Source of the DNA: Pseudobdellovibrionaceae bacterium | GTDB lineage: Bacteria; Bdellovibrionota; Bdellovibrionia; Bdellovibrionales; Bdellovibrionaceae | NCBI GenBank assembly: GCA_044359815.1 | Contig: JBIKLL010000073.1 | Location: forward strand, 1 to 13,233 | Length of the DNA: 13,233 nucleotides | Direction: 5' to 3' | Shown here: piece by piece, positions 7,014 to 13,233 of the stretch | Layout: each line of letters begins with the position of its first letter | Position numbering within the stretch: position 1 is the first letter of the stretch | The notes under the pieces: generated by a model | Told to the model about the DNA's origin: nothing | What the model saw: the letters and a program-made list of their open reading frames with translations, nothing else | Database searches by the model: none | Made by a program: the position numbers and the translations under genes

Positions 7014-8660
7014 CTAAATAGAGACGATTTGATTAAAGACTAGTGCTGATGGTTTGGAATCCTTGAAATCCACACAAAAATATCCAACACGTTCAAACTG
7101 ATATCTGAGTTCTGGCTTAGCATTCAATAAGCCTTTTTCCAGTTTGGCATTTTTAATAATTCGTAAAGAATTTGGATTAAGATTTTTCTTGAAGTCCGAT
7201 CCCTCGGGCACATTTTCGGGATCCGCTACTGAAAAAAGTCTTCCATACATTCGGACTTCAGCAGTGATGCAGTCACTGGCAGAAACCCAATGAATGATGC
7301 CTTTGATTTTTCTGCCATCAGCTGGGGGTTTCCCGCCCAATGTAATGGGATCATAAGAGCATCTGAGTTCCTTGATTTTACCAGAGGGATCTTTCACGAT
7401 CTGCTCGCATTTTACAACATAGGCGTTGCGCAGACGGACCTCGCCACCTGGTTTTAATCTAAAAAAATCAGCTGATGGGTTTTCCATAAAATCAGAGGAC
7501 TCAATAAAAAGTTCTTTGGTAAATGGATTCGTGCGTTTACCTAATTCTGGTTTTTTAGGATGTACGGCTGGATGCATTTCTTCAACACGACCTTCGGGCC
7601 AATTTTCAATCACCAGTTTTATCGGATCGATAATCGCCATGGCTCTGTGACTGATCTCGTCCAGATTTTCACGAGCACAGATTTCCAAAATATCATAATC
7701 GATAATGCTTTCAGCCTTGGAAACTCCAATTCGTTTTGCAAACAGTCTGATTGATTCCGGCGTGTAGCCCCGTCGGCGAATCCCAGAAATGGTTGGCATT
7801 CTGGGATCATCCCAACCATTCACATAACCTTCCTTTACCAATTGCAAAAGCTTACGTTTGCTCATCACCAAATAGGTCATGTTCATTCTGGCAAATTCAT
7901 ACTGCCTGGGCTTTGCAGGCACTGGCAGATTTTCAATGCACCAATCATAAAAAGGCCTGTGATCTTGAAATTCCAGTGTGCATATCGAATGAGTGATATG
8001 TTCGATAGCATCAGACAATGGATGAGCGTAGTCGTACATCGGATAAATGTTCCAGCTGTTGCCGGTTCTGTGATGTTTGACTTTGCGAATTCTGTACAGC
8101 AATGGATCCCTCATATTCATATTGGGGGATTTCATGTCAATTTTTGCACGCAATACATGTTCGCCTTCATTAAAGGCTCCAGCTTTCATTTTTCTGAATA
8201 AATCCAAATTTTCTTCAGCGCTTCTGTCTCTGTAGGGACTGTCCTTACCTGGAGTATTAAAATCACCTCGGTAGGTTCTCAGATCTTCTTCACTCAGACT
8301 GCAAACATAGGCTTTATTATTTTTAATTAAATATTCGGCCCAATCATAAAGCTGCTCAAAATAATCTGAAGCAAAATACAGATGTTCCTTCCAATCAAAA
8401 CCCAGCCATTTGACATCGGCTTTTATTGATTCAACGTATTCAACCTCTTCGGTTTCTGGATTGGTGTCGTCAAATCTTAAATGGCAACGGCCATTGTAGT
8501 CTTGGGCCAAGCCAAAATTTAGACAAATCGATTTTGCATGTCCTAAATGCAGGTACCCATTGGGTTCCGGTGGGAAACGAGTGACGACTTTGCCACCATG
8601 TTTCCCTGATTGAATGTCTTTTTCGATAATTTGCTTTAGAAAATTTGCGGCCTCTGTCAT
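7014..8660 (-). CDS. glnS: Glutamine--tRNA ligase
   Basis: TRFPPEPNGYLHLGHAKS (HIGH motif), RFDDTNP, YPMYDYAH, VMSKRKL (KMSKS motif), WDDPRMPT, YQFERVGYF. Confidence 0.98.
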   Translation of the reverse strand: MTEAANFLKQIIEKDIQSGKHGGKVVTRFPPEPNGYLHLGHAKSICLNFGLAQDYNGRCHLRFDDTNPETEEVEYVESIKADVKWLGFDWKEHLYFASDYFEQLYDWAEYLIKNNKAYVCSLSEEDLRTYRGDFNTPGKDSPYRDRSAEENLDLFRKMKAGAFNEGEHVLRAKIDMKSPNMNMRDPLLYRIRKVKHHRTGNSWNIYPMYDYAHPLSDAIEHITHSICTLEFQDHRPFYDWCIENLPVPAKPRQYEFARMNMTYLVMSKRKLLQLVKEGYVNGWDDPRMPTISGIRRRGYTPESIRLFAKRIGVSKAESIIDYDILEICARENLDEISHRAMAIIDPIKLVIENWPEGRVEEMHPAVHPKKPELGKRTNPFTKELFIESSDFMENPSADFFRLKPGGEVRLRNAYVVKCEQIVKDPSGKIKELRCSYDPITLGGKPPADGRKIKGIIHWVSASDCITAEVRMYGRLFSVADPENVPEGSDFKKNLNPNSLRIIKNAKLEKGLLNAKPELRYQFERVGYFCVDFKDSKPSALVFNQIVSI

Positions 8661-8706
8661 GCCGTTCAGGATAGCACAGACAGAAACCGCACTTCAATAT
8701 TTGGGT

Positions 8707-11349
8707 CTATCTAAATACGCCGTCACAAGTCATACCGCTGACAAGCTTTGGTGCAGTCAGGGTAGGATCGCTATCTCCGCTCTTTGTGACAATGACTTTC
8801 CCGCCTGAAAAAGTCACCTTGGCCAAACGCTCTTGGGAATTCTGGAAAAAGAACAAACTTAGATTCTGAGAAACCTTTAAAAGCTCACGCTCTAAGCTTC
8901 TGACAGAAAGCTCATTTTCAGTGCCAGAATTGTCCTTGTTACCAAATCCAATACCAGGTCCCGTTGAATTTTGACTGCGAACCAAGCTTTCCACGTACTG
9001 AATTAAATCATTCACATTCACATCAATCGAACGCCCTGTTCGTTCAAACTCTTCGGCAATTTTTTGCCATTTGTTTTTCAAGATATCGTGTACGGCTTGT
9101 TTGTTGGGTGATTCCAGTGGTGTGATCGTGGAAAATCGATCCAACAAATAGCGATTCAAGCCATCTGCTAAAGCCTCACGTTCAAATTCTGCGAAACTGT
9201 GTTCTCGGTCCGCCAATGATTGAGCTGCATTGGTAGCTGCTATAAAAATGACCTTGGATCCATCTATTTCAGTGCTGGAATTGTGCATATCAATCTTTGA
9301 CAGTGAAGCTTCAAATTTACCAGAATCCATCAAATCCAAAAGGGATTGCTGCACAGCTGGGTGAGCTTTTTCGATTTCATCAAACAAAACCACAGAAAAC
9401 GGATTGGCTCTGATAATTAACCCCAATTTTGATTTGAATGCGGACACATCGGATGGATGGGCGTACTGAGACATCATTATCCGATTATATTGAAAGCCCA
9501 ATCCTTTGGCGATTGTTTGGCTGAATACAGTTTTACCAACACCTCGGCGCCCATAGATCAATATCCCTGTGGGTTTTGATTCTTCCTTAACCAGTTGTTT
9601 GAAAAAATGCTCGCCCAAAGCCAACTGGATAACATCTTTTGTTTTTTCCAAACCTACGATTTCAGAGTCTACCTTTTGTCTGAGGACTTTTAGGTTTTCA
9701 GAAATCTTTTCTGGAACGTACTTGTTCAAGTCAAATCCATACAATTGCGAAGCAAACTTTCTGACCAGTTCTTCAGTCAACACGTTGACGTTATCAACCA
9801 CCATGCTGGCAAAAACGTACTCTGCCAAACGCAAAGATTTTCTGGGATTGGAGCCGATCGGATCAAAACGACTGGCTGTCTGTGCTATGGATTTTAAGCT
9901 TTCAGCAGGGACTTCAAAGCTGCGATCGCCATAATGTCTTCCTCTAAAAGTATCAATAATACTGACTGTTTTTTCAAGATTTGGCTCTGCAATTTTAATT
10001 TTGATCGGGAATCTTTCAGTGAAAGCTTGGTCTCCTGAAAAGTATTTATCCCATTCATTGTCAGTGGTGGTCCCAATGATTTTAATATTTCCACGTGCCA
10101 GGTCTTCCTTAAGCATTTGAAAAAAGTCATTGCGATTATCACGGTGAGCTCCGGCGCCCACAAGGGTGTGCATTTCATCGATTAACAAGGTCACCGGTAC
10201 AATGCCAGAAAGCATTTTTAGGGCTCGGATTTTCATTTCAAACAATCCAACCAATCCCACATCAGCTGCGATGTCACCGTTAGCGAGCTTAATATAGAGA
10301 CGGTTTTGCAATTCCTTGGGACCTTTACCCTCAACAATGTATGAAACCAAAACATCAGCAAAATAGGTTTTTCCTGTACCTGGTCTGCCCAGAACAGCCA
10401 CGCTGCCACCGTTTTTCATCACGAGAGCTCTTAAAGATTTTTGAATTTCTTCATTTAAATTTTGGTAGTCCTCGGGAAATGCTGTGCCTCTGCTGACAAA
10501 TTTAAATTGTCTGTGCAAAAAATCTAACAACGTGATTTGCCCTTTGTTGCCATCAGGTAATGTGATGTTAGAAATCTTTGGGTCGCTCAGCAGATTGTCG
10601 GCACTGTATTTAGGAGAAGTTTTTGACATCAACCTGGTTGGTTGCAGTTCTTCGCCATCATTCAGCTTAACAATCAGCTTATAACCTTTTTCGATTGCTT
10701 TAACTCTTATTGGTTGCTTGGCATTGTCGTCCAAATCCAAAATGAAGTTGTTCATTCGGTAGAATTTATTGTGATAATACAAATAGGTGCCTACCACAGC
10801 GTTTTCGACATCACGAATAGTCAATACGTTGGGGACACCGTTTCTGGCTTCGGGATAAAAGGATCTGAAATCTGCTTTTGAACTGACATTTAATAATTCA
10901 GGAACCGTGATGCTTTGGTGCTCTACCATATCGCCATCAACCCTGTGAAAAATCAGCTGATCGCCAACAATAAAAAACCCAATATTTGTGTATTCGTTTT
11001 CTATCACTCGATAGCTTTTTTTAGATGGAATCGGCGTCGATCTGGCGGCCGCAGGTTTTGAAACCAATTTGACCTCGCCAACATAAGCCTCTTCGCCACT
11101 GCGACTGCTAATAATTAGCTCAGTTGCGTTATTGCGAACTTCAACAGTTGTGTAGCCTGCTGAACTGTCAAATTGAATAGTGATATCCTGTGGCGAAACA
11201 ATTGGGTCGTTTGCCTGAGCTGGTAAAAACATGAATGGCACCATTGCGAGTGCCAAAATGGATTTTAATTGTCTTATCCGTTTTGTAATTGAGTTGGTGG
11301 TTTCAAAATATGATGACCAAACCGCTAAGCTTTCTGACAATTTCAACAT
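8707..11349 (-). CDS. Divergent double-AAA+ ClpA/ClpB-like ATPase with predicted N-terminal signal peptide and unrecognised N-domain
   Basis: D1: GRPGTGKT (residue 321), LLIDEMHTLVGAG, IIGTTT, FTERF. D2: GRRGVGKT (residue 600), VVLFDEIEKAHP, ATN, LLDRF, SVR. No ClpB M-domain. GAGGGGG Shine-Dalgarno before ATG 11349. Confidence 0.88.
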   Translation of the reverse strand: MLKLSESLAVWSSYFETTNSITKRIRQLKSILALAMVPFMFLPAQANDPIVSPQDITIQFDSSAGYTTVEVRNNATELIISSRSGEEAYVGEVKLVSKPAAARSTPIPSKKSYRVIENEYTNIGFFIVGDQLIFHRVDGDMVEHQSITVPELLNVSSKADFRSFYPEARNGVPNVLTIRDVENAVVGTYLYYHNKFYRMNNFILDLDDNAKQPIRVKAIEKGYKLIVKLNDGEELQPTRLMSKTSPKYSADNLLSDPKISNITLPDGNKGQITLLDFLHRQFKFVSRGTAFPEDYQNLNEEIQKSLRALVMKNGGSVAVLGRPGTGKTYFADVLVSYIVEGKGPKELQNRLYIKLANGDIAADVGLVGLFEMKIRALKMLSGIVPVTLLIDEMHTLVGAGAHRDNRNDFFQMLKEDLARGNIKIIGTTTDNEWDKYFSGDQAFTERFPIKIKIAEPNLEKTVSIIDTFRGRHYGDRSFEVPAESLKSIAQTASRFDPIGSNPRKSLRLAEYVFASMVVDNVNVLTEELVRKFASQLYGFDLNKYVPEKISENLKVLRQKVDSEIVGLEKTKDVIQLALGEHFFKQLVKEESKPTGILIYGRRGVGKTVFSQTIAKGLGFQYNRIMMSQYAHPSDVSAFKSKLGLIIRANPFSVVLFDEIEKAHPAVQQSLLDLMDSGKFEASLSKIDMHNSSTEIDGSKVIFIAATNAAQSLADREHSFAEFEREALADGLNRYLLDRFSTITPLESPNKQAVHDILKNKWQKIAEEFERTGRSIDVNVNDLIQYVESLVRSQNSTGPGIGFGNKDNSGTENELSVRSLERELLKVSQNLSLFFFQNSQERLAKVTFSGGKVIVTKSGDSDPTLTAPKLVSGMTCDGVFR

Positions 11350-11395
11350 CGTTCCCCCTCTGAATTCGATTTGTAATTTGTGAGTCTTTATAAGG

Positions 11396-11422
11396 TTTGC
11401 GGCGAAGCATCCTCCATCGTTA
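11396..11422 (-). promoter_or_regulatory. Candidate sigma28 (FliA) promoter for the AAA+ gene
   Basis: The minus strand reads TAAC-N15-GCCGCAAA against the consensus TAAA-N15-GCCGATAA (3/4 and 6/8, exact spacing). It ends 46 nt upstream of the start codon. Confidence 0.4.
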
Positions 11423-11527
11423 AAAGCAATAATGTAAAATTTTTCAAAAATATTTTTGGAAATTTATTAAAAGTATTTGAAACACTAATGCCAAAACCAA
11501 AAGAGTCTTAATTGGTGGGCAGAATTG

Positions 11528-11558
11528 AAAAAACGCTGCTTAATTAAGCGGCTTTTTT
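11528..11558 (-). terminator. Possible intrinsic terminator overlapping the stop of the 92-aa gene
   Basis: The minus strand reads GCCGCTT-AATT-AAGCAGC followed by GTTTTTT. One mismatch and a weak stem. Confidence 0.4.
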
Positions 11559-11822
11559 CTTTGCTAACAAAATGCGCTTTGAAGCTTTGTATTCTTTTAA
11601 GGACATAAAACCGTAGGTGGTTTTTTTAAACATGATTTCGATTTCTTCGCGGATGTCGCCTTCCAGGATGTCTAACATCTTTTGGGGGATGTTGCCTTTT
11701 TTCATCAGACAGGCAATGTAATCACCAGCGACTTCGTAGGTAAAGTCCTTCAAAACAAATTTTTCGGGATCTGCTTCGTTTAAGTATTGGCTGAAAATAT
11801 CAAACAGTTCGTCTCGTTCCAT
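11544..11822 (-). CDS. Hypothetical protein, 92 aa (acidic helical body, basic tail)
   Basis: ATG start and protein-like composition. Fills the gap between the AAA+ gene and NFACT. No family recognised. Confidence 0.75.
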   Translation of the reverse strand: MERDELFDIFSQYLNEADPEKFVLKDFTYEVAGDYIACLMKKGNIPQKMLDILEGDIREEIEIMFKKTTYGFMSLKEYKASKRILLAKKKAA

Positions 11823-11879
11823 ACATTGAATTTTTCGGAGGAATCACTAAAATGGATGACGGTGAAAGGGGATAATATT

Positions 11880-13115
11880 TTGCAATCATTGAATTTTTGG
11901 CAGATTTTGTCTTATTCTGATTGGCTGCATCAGACTTTGGTCGGTGGGCAGCTTCAGGATTGTTGGACTGACGGGAAACTGATTGTCCTAGAATTATACA
12001 AATCCCAAACAAATTATTTAGTACTGAATCCCAATATTTCATTACCCAGCTGTGCTGTTTTTGATCAAAAACCACCCATTAAGAAAATCAAAAAACCTTT
12101 AACTTTGTTTTTAAATTCAAGGGGTAAAAATTTAAGGCTTCAGAAGGTATTTGTGCTGGAGCCAGAAGGCCGGGTTATAAATTTTGAGTTTGCTGACAGT
12201 TTATTGATTAAATTTATCATGGTTCCTCGGCAGTCCAATATTATTGTTCTGCACCAGGAAAATCAGATCAGTTGGGAAAAGCCCACAGAGCTTGCGGCTC
12301 ACACAGCACCGCCACAAGAGTTTTCTGCCGTTGATTGGAATGAATACTGTGTAGGTTGTTTTCAAGATTATTTTGGCAAATCAGTTTCAAAATCAATCGA
12401 CAATAAGCCTGTCCCTGACAACACAGCTAAAATTAATAACCTGATTCAGAAAAAGAAAAAAGCTTTGCAAGCCATGAGTTCTGTGGATTTTGATGCGCAA
12501 ATAAAAAAATTTGCTGAAATGGGCGAGCAAATCAAAATATCAGGCAGTAGTGATTCAGAGCTGTATCAGAAAAAGTTATCTAAGGGCGAAAATATCAAGA
12601 TTGCCTTTCAGAAAGTCAAAGACCTTAAGCGCAAAAAACAAGGGGCCATGGAGCGGATGAATCTGCTCAAAACAGAGATACATAATTTAGAATCGGGCAG
12701 GCAGGATCCTGTCAGGGCTGAAAATTCGCTATTAAAATCAGCCAATATTAAAGGACGGACGCTGAGGCTGAATGACCTGATCACTATAGAATATGGAAAG
12801 TCTGGCGGGGATAATTTAAAATTACTGCGAAAAGCTTCTGCTTGGCATATTTGGCTGCACCTTAGAGACTATCCGGGCAGTCATGCCATAGTCAGCTTTG
12901 CAAAAAACGTTAAGGTTTCTGCTGATGATCTGCATAAAGCTGCGCTTTGGTTGATTGAACAAACAATCGAAAAAAAATCCACTGTGACAGGATTAAAATA
13001 CGATGTCTTGGCTGTAGAGTGTCGATTTGTAAAGCCCATCAAAGGCGATAAGCTGGGCAGAGTCACTTACCAAAATGAAAAAGTATTTTCAGTTGCGTCA
13101 AGGCCTAGAAAATAA
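11880..13115 (+). CDS. Compact NFACT (RqcH/FbpA-like) protein with NFACT-R/DUF814 domain
   Basis: N-terminal L..GGQLQ...LEL pattern and RQSNII. C-terminal YGKSGGDNLKL, WLHLRDYPGSHAIV, VKPIKGDKLGRVTY. Start set at TTG 11880 (AAAGGGG 8 nt upstream); ATG 11856 is an alternative. The track start 11787 overlaps the divergent gene. Confidence 0.82.
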   Translation: MQSLNFWQILSYSDWLHQTLVGGQLQDCWTDGKLIVLELYKSQTNYLVLNPNISLPSCAVFDQKPPIKKIKKPLTLFLNSRGKNLRLQKVFVLEPEGRVINFEFADSLLIKFIMVPRQSNIIVLHQENQISWEKPTELAAHTAPPQEFSAVDWNEYCVGCFQDYFGKSVSKSIDNKPVPDNTAKINNLIQKKKKALQAMSSVDFDAQIKKFAEMGEQIKISGSSDSELYQKKLSKGENIKIAFQKVKDLKRKKQGAMERMNLLKTEIHNLESGRQDPVRAENSLLKSANIKGRTLRLNDLITIEYGKSGGDNLKLLRKASAWHIWLHLRDYPGSHAIVSFAKNVKVSADDLHKAALWLIEQTIEKKSTVTGLKYDVLAVECRFVKPIKGDKLGRVTYQNEKVFSVASRPRK

Positions 13116-13174
13116 AAATTAAATTCAATAAAATTCCTGTAGAGTAAAAAACCACAATATAAGAGGGATGTATC

Positions 13175-13233
13175 ATGATTGAAGTGCATAATCTGACAAA
13201 ATCTTATGGTGGAATTGCTGCCATAAAAAATCT
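13175..13233 (+). CDS. 5' end of an ABC transporter ATP-binding protein, truncated by the window edge
   Basis: GAGGGA Shine-Dalgarno at 13163-13168, then MIEVHNLTKSYGGIAAIKN, a typical ABC ATPase N-terminus. Walker A would be outside the window. Confidence 0.8.
   Translation, partial: MIEVHNLTKSYGGIAAIKN

Noticed and set aside
8707..11349. Naming the AAA+ gene clpA, clpB or clpV
   Set aside because: It lacks the Clp-N repeats, M-domain and pore loops, carries a signal-like N-terminus, and has no T6SS context.
796..13066. Short overlapping ORFs in the track (for example 796-1005, 1178-1477, 2854-3102, 7842-8201, 9569-9934, 11800-12075)
   Set aside because: They are antisense or off-frame shadows of well-supported genes and have no recognisable motifs.

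Overview
AT-rich bacterial window. The lineage is probably a predatory Bdellovibrionota-like one; this is inferred from gene style, not proven. Genes in order: the 3' end of a SixA-like gene (+), ppx/gppA (-), a phoU-phoB-phoR-D-amino-acid-dehydrogenase run (+), a thioredoxin-like [2Fe-2S] ferredoxin (-), an RsmB/RsmF-family m5C methyltransferase (+), glnS (-), an unusual signal-peptide-bearing double-AAA+ ClpA/B-like protein (-), a 92-aa hypothetical (-), a compact NFACT/RqcH protein (+), and the start of an ABC ATPase (+). Two signals stand out. (1) Two giant palindromic non-coding elements each fill a convergent intergenic gap. The first (88-471) is a nested rod A-B-C-D-E-E'-B'-C'-D'-A' carrying two oppositely oriented copies of a bulged GC-rich duplex that shows compensatory change. 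The second (5591-5788) has 53-bp arms around a GC-rich core. (2) An apparently exported Hsp100-type ATPase has intact Walker motifs, lost pore loops, a displaced IGF motif, a C-terminal CxxxF tail and a candidate sigma28 promoter. All family assignments come from motif recognition by eye; no database searches were run.
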